64,000 bases of DNA from an uncultured Thermodesulfobacteriota bacterium (GTDB taxonomy: Bacteria > Desulfobacterota > CAZCTP01), in assembly GCA_964501575.1 (NCBI GenBank), contig CAZCTP010000001.1, positions 21,566-85,565 on the forward strand. Direction: 5' to 3'. Below the pieces are notes generated by a model. The model saw only the letters and a program-made list of their open reading frames with translations, searched no databases and was not told where the DNA came from. Made by a program: the position numbers and the translations under genes. Below, piece after piece: positions 9,537 to 21,812 of this stretch. How positions within the stretch are numbered: the first letter of the stretch is position 1; each line of letters begins with the position of its first letter.

Positions 9537-10075
9537 GAACCAGGGTTATCGGGAGAAGATATGCTAAAGCACTCTTTGAGATAGATGAGAAAAATAATAG
9601 TTATGAGGTAACATATAGAGATCTTATCGCTATCTCCAATATTATTTCAGATTATGGAGAGATATATGAATTTTTAAAGAATCCATTTTTTGATAAAAAG
9701 AAGAGAAAAGAAACATTTTCTCAGATAGCTTCTATTCTTGATCTGTCTAATATAATCAAGAATCTTATAAATCTACTAATAGATAATAATAGAATAGGTT
9801 ATCTTAAAGATATAATAGATGCATATATGAAATTTTTCGATGAGAGCAGAGGTATTTTAAGAGCTACCGTAATAGCTCCTAAAAAATTGGAAGATTCCGA
9901 TATTGAGAGAATAAAAGAAGGATTGGAAAATCATTTTAATAAAAGTATAAAGGTAAGTGTTAAAGAAGATCCTTCAATTATAGGGGGGATAATAGCAAAA
10001 ATAGGAAATGTTATCATAGATGGAAGCATTAAATCTCAATTAATCCATATGAGAGAAGAATTAACAAGGGGGTAA
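9533..10075 (+). CDS. atpH: ATP synthase F1 subunit delta
   Basis: RRYAKALFE and DPSIIGGIIAKIGNVIIDGSI motifs; TTG start. Confidence 0.95.
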   Translation: MRTRVIGRRYAKALFEIDEKNNSYEVTYRDLIAISNIISDYGEIYEFLKNPFFDKKKRKETFSQIASILDLSNIIKNLINLLIDNNRIGYLKDIIDAYMKFFDESRGILRATVIAPKKLEDSDIERIKEGLENHFNKSIKVSVKEDPSIIGGIIAKIGNVIIDGSIKSQLIHMREELTRG

Positions 10076-10081
10076 TTATAT

Positions 10082-11593
10082 ATGGATGTAAGATTAGGTG
10101 AGATAAGTGAAGTTATAAAGAAGAGGATAGAGGAATATGAAAGGGAGATAGAAGTAACAGAGACCGGGGTTGTAATATCGGTAGGTGACGGTATTGCAAG
10201 AGCTTATGGTTTAGAGGAAGTTATGTATGGAGAGCTTCTTGAATTTCCTCATGACGTATATGGTATGGCATTAAATCTGGAGGAAGATAATGTTGGTATT
10301 GTATTGCTTGGAGAGGATAGAGTAATTAAAGAGGGAGATTTAATAAAAAGAACAAAAAGGATAGCTGAAACCCCGGTAGGTGAGACATTGATAGGGAGAG
10401 TGGTTAATGCGTTAGGAGAACCAATAGATGGAAAGGGTCCTATTGAAACTGAGCATTTTAATCCTCTTGAGAGGCTAGCCCCTGGAGTTGTTGATAGGCT
10501 CCCTGTTAAAGAACCTCTCCAGACGGGGTTAAAAGCTATTGATTCCATGATTCCTATTGGAAGAGGACAGAGAGAACTAATTATTGGTGATAGACAAACT
10601 GGTAAAACAGCTATAGCAATAGATACGATTCTTAATCAGAAGGGGTCTGATGTTATATGTATCTATGTAGCTATAGGCCAGAAGAGAGCCACAGTAGCAA
10701 GAGTTATTAAAACGTTGGAAGATTATGGTGCTATGGATTATTCTATAGTGGTATCTGCGACAGCCAGTGAACCTGCTCCTCTCTTGTATATAGCTCCTTA
10801 TACAGGTTGTGCTATTGGTGAATATTTCAGAGATAGAGGGATGCATTCCCTTGTAATATATGATGACCTGTCAAAACATGCTGCTGCATATAGACAGTTA
10901 TCCTTACTTTTAAGAAGACCACCGGGGAGAGAGGCTTATCCGGGAGATATATTCTACCTCCATTCAAGACTCCTTGAAAGGGCAGCAAAGCTTAATGATG
11001 AGTTTGGGGGTGGTTCATTGACTGCTCTTCCGATAATTGAGACCCAGGCAGGAGATGTATCAGCTTATATTCCAACAAATGTTATATCCATTACAGATGG
11101 ACAGATATATCTTGAAACAGATCTTTTTTATGCTGGTGTAAGACCTGCAATAAATGTTGGGCTTTCAGTTTCAAGGGTTGGAGGTTCTGCCCAGATTAAG
11201 GCGATGAAGCAAGTTGCTGGACGTTTACGTCTTGATCTCGCTCAATATAGAGAATTAGCCGCTTTCTCACAGTTTGCCAGTGAGCTGGATGCAGCAACCA
11301 GGGCTCAACTTGCAAGAGGTGAAAGGATGGTTGAAGTATTAAAGCAGAATCAGTATAAACCACTTTCTGTAGAAAAGCAGATTGCTATAATATATGCAGG
11401 CGTTAATGGATACCTTGATGATATAGATACAGGATTGATAGGTAAATTTGAGTCAGAGCTATTTAGATACCTTGAAGATAAAAGAGGTGATATATTAAAA
11501 AAGATAAGATCAGAGGGTGCGTTAAACACTGATTTAGAGGGAATTCTTATAGATACTATTGTAAAATTTAAAGAGGAGTTTATTAATAAGTAG
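10082..11593 (+). CDS. atpA: ATP synthase F1 subunit alpha
   Basis: [19 protein letters not shown]-loop, [12 protein letters not shown]. Confidence 0.99.
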   Translation: MDVRLGEISEVIKKRIEEYEREIEVTETGVVISVGDGIARAYGLEEVMYGELLEFPHDVYGMALNLEEDNVGIVLLGEDRVIKEGDLIKRTKRIAETPVGETLIGRVVNALGEPIDGKGPIETEHFNPLERLAPGVVDRLPVKEPLQTGLKAIDSMIPIGRGQRELIIGDRQTGKTAIAIDTILNQKGSDVICIYVAIGQKRATVARVIKTLEDYGAMDYSIVVSATASEPAPLLYIAPYTGCAIGEYFRDRGMHSLVIYDDLSKHAAAYRQLSLLLRRPPGREAYPGDIFYLHSRLLERAAKLNDEFGGGSLTALPIIETQAGDVSAYIPTNVISITDGQIYLETDLFYAGVRPAINVGLSVSRVGGSAQIKAMKQVAGRLRLDLAQYRELAAFSQFASELDAATRAQLARGERMVEVLKQNQYKPLSVEKQIAIIYAGVNGYLDDIDTGLIGKFESELFRYLEDKRGDILKKIRSEGALNTDLEGILIDTIVKFKEEFINK

Positions 11594-12448
11594 ATGGCGA
11601 CCCTGAGAGATATAAAAAGAAGAATAGGTTCTATTAAAAAGACTCAGCAGATAACAAAGGCTATGGAGATGGTTGCAGCTGCTAGACTTAAGAGAGCTCA
11701 AGATAATATGATGTCATCACGTCCATTTAGTTATAAAATAAGAGAAATACTCAGAAGTATAGCAACAAGAGTTGATCCTTCTTCCCATCCTTTGCTTGAA
11801 GTGAGAAACGGAGATAGAGTTCTCTTAATTGTTGTTACTGCTGATAGAGGTTTATGTGGTGGATTTAATAGTAATGTTATCAAAAAAGCTGAATCTTTTA
11901 TGGAAGATAATAATAAAGAATACAATTTAATAATTATTGGGAGAAAGGGGAGAGATTTTTTTAGAAGAAGGGATTATGATATAAAAAATGGATATATAGA
12001 TATATTTAGGGATCTGAAATATGAGTATGCTGTAGATATAGCAAATTTTGTTGTAGATATATATAAGAAAAGAGAGGTAGATAAGGTTTATATAATATAT
12101 AATCAATTTAAATCTGTTATTCAACAAATAGTTGCTACTGATATTCTATTTCCAATTCCTCCATTTGAGATCAGAGATGGGGTTGTTCCTGTAGAATTTT
12201 TATATGAACCTTCAAAGGAAGTATTATTAGATAAACTTCTTATAAGATATGTTGAAACAGAAATATATCAAGTGCTATTAGAATCATTGGCTGGGGAATA
12301 TGGAGCAAGGATGTCTGCTATGAGAAACGCGACTAATAATGCTCAAGATATGATAAGGCATTTAACATTGAAATATAATAAAGTACGACAGGCAGCTATT
12401 ACAAAGGAGATAATAGAAGTTGTCAGTGGTGCAGCAGCCCTTAAGTGA
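11594..12448 (+). CDS. atpG: ATP synthase F1 subunit gamma
   Basis: ITKAMEMVAAARL, DRGLCGGFN, RQAAITKEIIEV. Confidence 0.99.
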   Translation: MATLRDIKRRIGSIKKTQQITKAMEMVAAARLKRAQDNMMSSRPFSYKIREILRSIATRVDPSSHPLLEVRNGDRVLLIVVTADRGLCGGFNSNVIKKAESFMEDNNKEYNLIIIGRKGRDFFRRRDYDIKNGYIDIFRDLKYEYAVDIANFVVDIYKKREVDKVYIIYNQFKSVIQQIVATDILFPIPPFEIRDGVVPVEFLYEPSKEVLLDKLLIRYVETEIYQVLLESLAGEYGARMSAMRNATNNAQDMIRHLTLKYNKVRQAAITKEIIEVVSGAAALK

Positions 12449-12569
12449 GGTTTTCTTTGTAATGGGATTCTATTTAAAATATTTAAAGAAAGTTATAATT
12501 TTTTATAAAGTGGGTTATTTTAAAGCCAGCTAAAAAGGAATTTTTAATTTCCTTTTTAGGATTTCAAAG

Positions 12570-12578
12570 TGGTATAAT
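12570..12578 (+). promoter_or_regulatory. Extended -10 element (TGnTATAAT) upstream of atpD
   Basis: TGGTATAAT in the 163-bp atpG-atpD gap, about 35 bp before the atpD start. Confidence 0.4.
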
Positions 12579-12590
12579 CCTTGGAAATAA

Positions 12591-14426
<1,836 letters not shown>

Positions 14427-14430
<4 letters not shown>

Positions 14431-14660
14431 TAAAAGAGATAATAGAAGAGAATCGAAGAATTCGGTATCTTAGGATTCTGGTTGATCTGGTAATAAATCT
14501 GATATATGAGGGTGATATACTATATGAAGATGCTATAAATCTTATAGAATCTGTTAAATCTGTAGCTATAAAACTTTTCCCTGATAAAGAGGCTACATTT
14601 GAATTGATATATAGGCCAAGGTTTAAAAGAGTATTAAGGGAAAGGTATAATATATGCTGA
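14427..14660 (+). CDS. Small conserved hypothetical protein (77 aa)
   Basis: Overlaps atpC and nfo (coupled). LFPDKEATFELIYRPRFKR resembles a small deltaproteobacterial family recalled from memory. Confidence 0.7.
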
Positions 14661-15498
14661 TAGGGGCTCACATTTCTATTTCAAAAGGAATCTCTAAATC
14701 TATATTGATTGGGAAAGAACTTGGTTGTAATACTATTCAGATGTTTACAAAGAATTCTGTACAATGGAAAATGAGCGAATTGAATGAGAAAGAGATTAAA
14801 GATTTTAAGAAAAATAAGCTTAAAAGTGAGATAGATCCTATTATAGCGCATGATTCATATCTTATAAACTTAAGTTCTCCAAGGATTGGTATTCTTAATA
14901 AATCAAGGAATGCATTTCTTAAAGAGATGGAGAGATGTCATATCTTAGGTATACCATATCTTATTACCCATCCAGGATCCCATACGGCGGCTGGTGAGAA
15001 AGAGGGGTTAAGAATATTAAAGGATTCTATGGATTTTTTTTTGAATACGGGAAAGATTTTAAAGTAAGGATACTCTTAGAGACAACAGCAGGTCAGGGTA
15101 CAAATCTCGGTTACAGATTTGAGCAAATTGCCGAAATTGTCAATGGAAGAGAACTTGATGTCTGTTTTGATACATGTCATGTGTTTGCCTCTGGTTACGA
15201 TATAAGAGATGAGAAATCCTATTTTAATACATTTAATGAGTTTGATAAAATAATAGGGGTTAATAAAATAAAGGTTTTTCATATGAATGATTCTAAAGGA
15301 GAATTGGGTAGTAGAGTAGATAGACATTATCACATAGGGGATGGAAGAATAGGAGAAGATGGTTTTAGACTCATTATGAATGATCATAGATTCTTAAATA
15401 TTCCAAAGATAATAGAGACCCCCAAAGAGGATATTCAGACAGATATAAAAAATATAAAGAAACTTTTAAGTTTAGTCCAGCCTTATACTAAAAATTAA
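14654..15498 (+). pseudogene. nfo: Endonuclease IV split by a frameshift at a T9 tract (15034-15042)
   Basis: 5' part: LIGAHISIS, IAHDSYLINL, THPGSH. The -1 frame continues EYGKDFKVRILLETTAGQGTNLG...CFDTCHVFASGYD...HMNDSK...DRH...IIETP. Confidence 0.9.
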
Positions 15499-16029
15499 TT
15501 GGTTCAGGAAGGAAGCCAGCTTTTGCAATAATACCTTTCCAATTCCTGATGTTATTGTTATGTAAAAAGTCAAATTTCCCTGATAATTCGGTTTTTTTTC
15601 TTTTACTAATATCTTTATCTTTATAAATGAATTCTTTTTATATCCTGTTCATTGCTTCAACAGATTATGGGTAGCTCAAACTCCTTTTCAAGCTTCCTTA
15701 TTTCAAAATGACTCTCTCTCCCTGATTTTTACAACTATCTTTTCTTACCTCCTTTCTTGTCTTACTATGAACCTTTTTAGGGGTTCCTGGTAAATCCTTA
15801 AAGCTCTTCCAATCAAACCACCCATTTTACTGTTCCCTTTACATTAACTCCAAATAAAGATACCGTCTTTATGTAAGATTTTACAGATATAATAATACTC
15901 AACCATATCTCTTCTGATTCTATATAAAATGGATTTGGCTTTTATTTATTATTTGCTATCATTTAATAGCTCATAATTTTTTTCTCCATGAGATTATTTT
16001 AATCCCGGAGTTATCTTTTACAAGTCTTT

Positions 16030-16059
16030 GAAGCATTGCCCTTCCTCGGGCAATGCTTC
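16030..16059. repeat. Perfect 12-bp hairpin (GAAGCATTGCCC / GGGCAATGCTTC, 6-nt loop)
   Basis: Seen directly. No U-tract on either strand, so not a canonical terminator. It lies 7 bp from the 54-bp repeat. Confidence 0.75.
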
Positions 16060-16066
16060 CCTCACT

Positions 16067-16120
16067 CATTACCTTAATCTTTACTAACTTAACTGTACCA
16101 CCATCTGCATGAACATTTCC
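16067..16120 (+). repeat. 54-bp direct repeat, copy 1
   Basis: CATTACCTTAATCTTTACTAACTTAACTGTaccaccatctgcATGAACATTTCC; 50/54 identical to 36170-36223. Confidence 0.9.
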
Positions 16121-16142
16121 GCCAAAACAGAAAAAAATTTTA

Positions 16143-16171
16143 TTGACAATTTTGACAATATAGGATACTAT
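16143..16171 (+). promoter_or_regulatory. Putative sigma70 promoter of the catabolic cluster
   Basis: TTGACA (16143-16148), 17-bp spacer, TACTAT (16166-16171). Confidence 0.6.
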
Positions 16172-16264
16172 TTTACCTTAATTAAACAATTAGCTTAGAT
16201 AGATAAGTATTTAATTATTAAAAATTTGAATAGTAAAATTTTTTAATATAGAATAATATTTATA

Positions 16265-16432
16265 ATGAATGAGATTGAAAAAATTAGAGCTTTGTTTTAT
16301 GATATTAAAGAACTGACTAAATCTGATATACCTATTGTAAGAGATGGAGCTATTGAGATATTGGCAATATTAAGGGAAATATTAAATTCAATAGATTTTG
16401 ATTTTACTGAACATATTATAGACTATGAATAG
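16265..16432 (+). CDS. Small 55-aa helical protein, absent from the ORF track
   Basis: MNEIEKIRALFYDIKELTKSDIPIVRDGAIEILAILREILNSIDFDFTEHIIDYE*. The stop overlaps the CoA-ligase ATG (ATGAATAG). No clear SD. Confidence 0.5.
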   Translation: MNEIEKIRALFYDIKELTKSDIPIVRDGAIEILAILREILNSIDFDFTEHIIDYE

Positions 16433-17798
16433 ATATTATAATCCTATTATAGAGAGAGCTTCAAGAGAAGAATTACTTGCTCTTCAATGGAAAAGGCTAA
16501 AGTATCAGCTTGAATATCAGTATAACAATAATCCATTCTATAGAAGTCTATTTAAAAAGAACGGAGTTATTCCTGAGAAAATAAGAAATATAGAGGAATT
16601 TAGAGAAAGAGTTCCACTTCTTACAAAGGAGGAGTGTCTTAAAGACCAGGTTGATTTTCCTCCCTATGGACTGAGGCTTGGTGTTTCAAGAGATAAAATA
16701 GTGAGAACATGGTTAACAAGCGGCTCATCTGGAAAAGGGCAGGAAGTTTATGGAGTAACTACATCAGATTTTAAAGAGATGTGTATGTGGAGATATATTT
16801 TTCATTGGGGAGGATTGAAGAGGGGTGATGCAATGATGACTACCCTTCCAATAGCTACACACCTTGCAGGGAGTGACTCTATAATAAATTCAGCGGTGAG
16901 AGCTGGAGCGAATAGTTTTAATCTTGGTCCCTTCTCTACAGAGGAGAAACTTAGATTTATGATGAGATTCAGACCGAATATAATCTTTGGAACATTCAAT
17001 TATATTAATGTATTGGGAATAAAAGCTAATGAAATGGGTATACATCCAAAGAGAGACTTTCCGGATTTAAAATTTATATTAACAGCTAATATAACTCCAA
17101 ATATAAATCTTGTCCCAAAGGTAGAAGAGTTCTGGGGAACAAAGGTCATAGAATTTTATGGATCAACCCAGATTGGTTCTGCTGGTGGAGGTACATGTGA
17201 AAAAGGTGCATTCTATAATGGCAATCCTGGAATTATTCATTTCTTAGAGCATTTAAACCTGATAGAAGTGCTTGATAGAGAAAACAGGAAACCTGTGGAA
17301 CCAGGGGAGGAAGGAGAGCTTGTAATAACAAATTTATATAAAGAGGGTTCTCCTCTTATAAGATTTGCAACCAATGATAGAGTTAAATATATGCCGCACT
17401 ATATGTGTTCCTGTAAACGCCCATTCGATGGAATAGAAGCAGGATTTGTCTACAGATATGATGACATGATGAAGATAAAGGGAGTAAATATATGGCCAGA
17501 GGCTATAGAGAATATCATTTTTTCCTATGATGAAACAGTTGATTATAGGGGAAGAGTAATAGTGGATGGCAAAGGAGCAGAAAAGGTAATTCTTACTGTA
17601 GAGTTTAAGAAAGGTGTACTGGATGAGAAAAAGATGCTTCTTTTAGAACGTTTTTACAATGAAATATATGAAAGAATAGGTATAAAGATGGAGGTTGAAG
17701 AAACAGAAGAGCCTCTGCCAAAGTTCGATTTTAAACCAAGGAGATGGAGTGATGAAAGAGGGGGAGGGGTTAAGAGGGTCATTTATACCACTCAATGA
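16425..17798 (+). CDS. Phenylacetate-CoA ligase family (PaaK/HmfD-like) aryl/heteroaryl-CoA ligase
   Basis: TSGSSG P-loop, YGSTQIG, GELVITNL...PLIRFATND, GRxDD-equivalent YRYDDMMKIKGVNIWP. Confidence 0.85.
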   Translation: MNRYYNPIIERASREELLALQWKRLKYQLEYQYNNNPFYRSLFKKNGVIPEKIRNIEEFRERVPLLTKEECLKDQVDFPPYGLRLGVSRDKIVRTWLTSGSSGKGQEVYGVTTSDFKEMCMWRYIFHWGGLKRGDAMMTTLPIATHLAGSDSIINSAVRAGANSFNLGPFSTEEKLRFMMRFRPNIIFGTFNYINVLGIKANEMGIHPKRDFPDLKFILTANITPNINLVPKVEEFWGTKVIEFYGSTQIGSAGGGTCEKGAFYNGNPGIIHFLEHLNLIEVLDRENRKPVEPGEEGELVITNLYKEGSPLIRFATNDRVKYMPHYMCSCKRPFDGIEAGFVYRYDDMMKIKGVNIWPEAIENIIFSYDETVDYRGRVIVDGKGAEKVILTVEFKKGVLDEKKMLLLERFYNEIYERIGIKMEVEETEEPLPKFDFKPRRWSDERGGGVKRVIYTTQ

Positions 17799-17827
17799 AT
17801 ATAATGCTCTTGATATGAGGAGGGAGT

Positions 17828-20182
17828 ATGCCAACAAAATGGATTGGTGCAAAGGTAAAAAGGGTTGAAGATCCAAAATTTTTGAAGGGTAAGGGTAATT
17901 ATATAGGTGATATTGTATTTCCTGATATGCTTCATGTAGCTATTTTAAGAAGTCCTCATGCCCATGCATTAATAAAAAATATTGATATATCAGAAGTTTT
18001 TAATTATCCCGGGATTCTTAGTATAATAACAGGAAAGGATATATCAGAGCTTACCGATCCTTTTATAAATCCTGTTAATATACCTATAAAATATTATTCC
18101 TGTGCTATTGATAGAGTGAGATATGTTGGTGAACCTGTTGTAGCAGTTGCCGCTACAGATAGATATATTGCAGAGGATGCAATAGAGATGATAAAGGTTG
18201 AATATGAGCCATTACCTGCAGTAATTGATGGAGAAGAGGCTATGTGCAAAGATGCTCCACTCTTACATGAGGAAACTCAGAGCAATATATCCTGGCATGA
18301 TACCTTTGAATATGGAGACATTAATAAAGCCTTTGCTGAGGCAGACGAAATTATTAAAGAGAAGTTTTACTATCATCGTTTTAGTTCAACACCTATAGAG
18401 ACATATGGCTGTGTGGCAAACTTTGTAAATAATGTGATGACTATATGGAGTAATATTCAGGTGCCAGGACTTTTTCATCCATTGATTGCAGCTGCTTTAA
18501 GACTTCCACCTCAACGATTAAGACTCATTGTTCCTGATATAGGTGGTGGATTCGGAGTAAAAGCATTTGTTTTTCCTTACATGGTTCTTACAGGTGCAAT
18601 AGCAATGAAGACAGGGAGAAGTGTAAAATGGATTGAAGATAGAGTTGAGCATATGCAAGCTGCAAATCATCACCCTGATAGGATAACCTATGTAGAGGTT
18701 GCTGTTAAGAAAGATGGTAGAATTTTAGGATTTAAGGAGAAAATAATAGATGTTGATGGTCCATATACTCGATTTCCAGAGCCAGTAAACACCATTCGGC
18801 CCTTTCAGGTTCTTGTTGGATGTTATAAAATCCCCAGTGTATTAATTGACGGATATTTTGTTATGACCAATAAATGTCCTACAGGTGCAAATAGAGGGCA
18901 TGGTCTACAGCATCACTATTTTGTGCTTGAGAGGATGATGAATATAATCGGAAAGAGATTAGGTATAAGTCAAGACGAAATCCGTTTAAAAAATTTTATC
19001 CAGCCAGATGAATTTCCTTATACAACCGTTAATGGTTCAATTTATGATAGTGGTAACTATCCTAAAACACTGGAAAAGGCTCTTAATATAATAAATTATG
19101 AGAATTTAAAGAAAGAAAATGAGAAGTTGAAAAAGAACGGGAAATATAGAGGTATAGGTATAGCAACTATAGTAGAGCCCGGAGCTGTAAACATGTCGGT
19201 ATTTGAGTTGCTTACAGGGCAGCCTCTTGTTAGTGGAGCAAATGAACCAGCTGTCATAAAGATAGATAGGATGGGTGGAGTTACATTATTTCTTGGATGT
19301 CCCTCTATGGGATCAGGACTTCTTACAGTCGCAGTTCAGGTAGCGGCTCAGGAGCTTGGATTGAAACCTGAGGATATAAACGTGGTTACTGAATTTGATA
19401 GTGCTACACATCCATGGGGTAATGGAACGCATGCAAGTCGATTTGCCTCTTTAGGCACAGAGGCTGTTGCGGGAGCTGCAAGAGTACTTAAAAAAAAGAT
19501 TTTCAAAATAGCATCCCATATCTTAGAATGTTCACCAGATGATCTTACACTTGAAGATGGAATAGTTTCTGTAAAAGGAGCTCCTTCAAGATCTATATCT
19601 CTATTAGAGGTAGCTTCTATAGCTACTTTTAATACTTTTTTTCTTCCACCAGATGTAGAACCAGGGCTTGAAGCATCCTATGTATATAGTTTCCCAAAGG
19701 CTGATCGTCCAGATAAGAAGAGAAGGTTAAATACAGCTACCACCTATGCAAATTCAACCCATGTAGCTCTTGTTGAGATTGATGTTGAAACTGGTAAATT
19801 GAATATATTGAGATATATTGTTGTATGCGATCCAGGGAGAATTGTTAATCCTTTAATTGTAGATGGTCAGGTTCAGGGGAGTGTAATTCATGGTATCGGA
19901 GGAGGTATTTATGAAGAATTTATTTATGATGAGGGAGGCCAACCTTTAGCTAATACTTTTATGGATTATCTCCCTCCTAAAGCTCCAGACCTTCCTAATA
20001 TTGAGGTTACACATATGGAAACTCCGTCACCATTTACAAGTATTGGTGCTAAAGGAATAGGAGAGGGAGGAGCAAGCCCTGTTCAGGCGGTTTTAGCTAA
20101 TGCAGTAGAGGATGCAATTGGTTTTAAAATAGTAGATTCTCGTCTTAGTCTTGAAAGAGTCAAGGAGATGATAAAACAATGA
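17828..20182 (+). CDS. Xanthine-dehydrogenase-family molybdopterin-binding large subunit (HmfA/CoxL-like)
   Basis: RVEDPKFLKG, GGGFGVK, IEDRVEH, TNKCPTGANRGHG, YDSGNY, GQVQGSVIHGIG, KGIGEG. Confidence 0.9.
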   Translation: MPTKWIGAKVKRVEDPKFLKGKGNYIGDIVFPDMLHVAILRSPHAHALIKNIDISEVFNYPGILSIITGKDISELTDPFINPVNIPIKYYSCAIDRVRYVGEPVVAVAATDRYIAEDAIEMIKVEYEPLPAVIDGEEAMCKDAPLLHEETQSNISWHDTFEYGDINKAFAEADEIIKEKFYYHRFSSTPIETYGCVANFVNNVMTIWSNIQVPGLFHPLIAAALRLPPQRLRLIVPDIGGGFGVKAFVFPYMVLTGAIAMKTGRSVKWIEDRVEHMQAANHHPDRITYVEVAVKKDGRILGFKEKIIDVDGPYTRFPEPVNTIRPFQVLVGCYKIPSVLIDGYFVMTNKCPTGANRGHGLQHHYFVLERMMNIIGKRLGISQDEIRLKNFIQPDEFPYTTVNGSIYDSGNYPKTLEKALNIINYENLKKENEKLKKNGKYRGIGIATIVEPGAVNMSVFELLTGQPLVSGANEPAVIKIDRMGGVTLFLGCPSMGSGLLTVAVQVAAQELGLKPEDINVVTEFDSATHPWGNGTHASRFASLGTEAVAGAARVLKKKIFKIASHILECSPDDLTLEDGIVSVKGAPSRSISLLEVASIATFNTFFLPPDVEPGLEASYVYSFPKADRPDKKRRLNTATTYANSTHVALVEIDVETGKLNILRYIVVCDPGRIVNPLIVDGQVQGSVIHGIGGGIYEEFIYDEGGQPLANTFMDYLPPKAPDLPNIEVTHMETPSPFTSIGAKGIGEGGASPVQAVLANAVEDAIGFKIVDSRLSLERVKEMIKQ

Positions 20183-21744
20183 TTTATGATTTTGCAATTA
20201 TAGGAGGAGGGCATAATGGACTTATTGCAGGGGTATATTTAGCTAAATCCGGGAGAAAGGTTATTATTCTTGAAAAAGATGATATAGTTGGGGGCGCAGT
20301 AAAGACAAAGGAACTGACATTACCAGGATTTAAACATGATGTTTTTTCTGGCTTTCATCCATTGTTTGTAATTTCTCCTGTATATGAGAATATTAAGGAA
20401 GAACTTGCAAAAAATGGGTTAAAATATTTAATCTTTGATCGTTGCTTCGCCAGTGTATTCCCCGATGGGGATAGTATAATATGCTACTCTGATATAAATA
20501 AGACCCTTTCCTCTATAGAGAAACAATCTAAAGATGATGCAGAGGCGTGGAATGAGATTTATAATCTTTATCTTAAAGTTAAAGCCCCCCTTCTCTCTAT
20601 GTTATATAATACACTTTCTCTTTCTTCTATTTTAAAGAACGGTTTTAAACTTTACAGAGGATTAGGACGTGAGAAACTTACAAAATTTATACATTTAATA
20701 ATGATGTCACCAAGAGATTTTGCAAATTATTACTTTACTAGCGAGAAGGTAAGGTCATGGATTGTTCCATGGGCATTTCATCCTGACTATGGACCAGATG
20801 TTAGTGGAGGTTCCATGTTTGCACTTCTTGCTGCTGCCAGTCAACAGGAGTTAGGCTTATCTATGCCAGAGGGTGGAGGGGGTATGCTTACCATAGCTCT
20901 TTCCAATATAGTTAAGTCTTTAGGTGGAGAGGTTATAACTAATGTTCATGCTATAAGAATTATTGTGAAAGATGGTAGAGCAGTTGGAGTAGAGCTAAAA
21001 GATGGTTCAAAGATAGAGGTTAAAAAGGGAATAATCGCCAGTATAGAACCAAAGCAATTGTTTTTTAAATTGGTTGGAGAGGAATATTTAGATAGGGATT
21101 TTTTAAAAATGGTCGGAGGATATAGATATGGCGTGGGAAGTATGAAGATAGATGTTGCGCTTGATTCATCACTTAAGTGGATTGCTGGTGAAGAGGTTGC
21201 AAAGACCGGTTTTATTCATATTGGTCCATATGTTGATGATATATCTCGTGCATATAATGAAGCTATTTGTGGATTTTTGCCATCTAATCCTTTGATATTT
21301 TTTGCTAATCAAACTATTTTAGATACTAAAAGGGCACCAGAAGGAAAACATACAGCCTGGATTCTTGTAAGGGGTGTTCCAGCCATAATTAAAGGGGATG
21401 CTTTGGGTAAAATTGGTTCAACCGATTGGAATGAAGTAAAGAATTATTATACCGATAGAGTTATAGATAAAGTTTCTAAATATGTTCCTAATCTTAAAGA
21501 TAATATTATCGGGATTCATATTCAATCACCATTAGATATTGAAAGGAATAATCTTAATCTTGTAGAGGGTGATATTGTATCAGGAAGTCATCATTTGGAC
21601 CAGAATTACATATTTAGACCATTTCCTGGATTTTCAAATTATAAAACCCCAATAAAGGACCTATATATGACCGGAGCATCAACATATCCAGGTGGAGGAA
21701 TAAATGGTGCATCAGGCTATATAGTTGCAAAATTACTGAGCTGA
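20179..21744 (+). CDS. FAD-dependent oxidoreductase, phytoene-desaturase/PYROXD2-like
   Basis: GGGHNGL Rossmann motif, FKHDVFSGFHP, C-terminal YKTPIKDLYMTGASTYPGGGING. Confidence 0.85.
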   Translation: MIYDFAIIGGGHNGLIAGVYLAKSGRKVIILEKDDIVGGAVKTKELTLPGFKHDVFSGFHPLFVISPVYENIKEELAKNGLKYLIFDRCFASVFPDGDSIICYSDINKTLSSIEKQSKDDAEAWNEIYNLYLKVKAPLLSMLYNTLSLSSILKNGFKLYRGLGREKLTKFIHLIMMSPRDFANYYFTSEKVRSWIVPWAFHPDYGPDVSGGSMFALLAAASQQELGLSMPEGGGGMLTIALSNIVKSLGGEVITNVHAIRIIVKDGRAVGVELKDGSKIEVKKGIIASIEPKQLFFKLVGEEYLDRDFLKMVGGYRYGVGSMKIDVALDSSLKWIAGEEVAKTGFIHIGPYVDDISRAYNEAICGFLPSNPLIFFANQTILDTKRAPEGKHTAWILVRGVPAIIKGDALGKIGSTDWNEVKNYYTDRVIDKVSKYVPNLKDNIIGIHIQSPLDIERNNLNLVEGDIVSGSHHLDQNYIFRPFPGFSNYKTPIKDLYMTGASTYPGGGINGASGYIVAKLLS

Positions 21745-21812
21745 TTAAAAGGAAAGGAGATATTTTGTAAAATCGTAGATAGATATTTTAAATTTAAGAA
21801 AATGGAGGAATT

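Noticed and set aside
15181-15498. Independent 105-aa gene
   Set aside because: It is the C-terminal part of the frameshifted nfo; the frame is open upstream to the T9 tract.
15501-15522. SRP-RNA-like GGAAGGAAGC motif
   Set aside because: The flanking SRP helix-8 bases (TCAGGTCC before, AGCC after) and the long pairing stem are missing.
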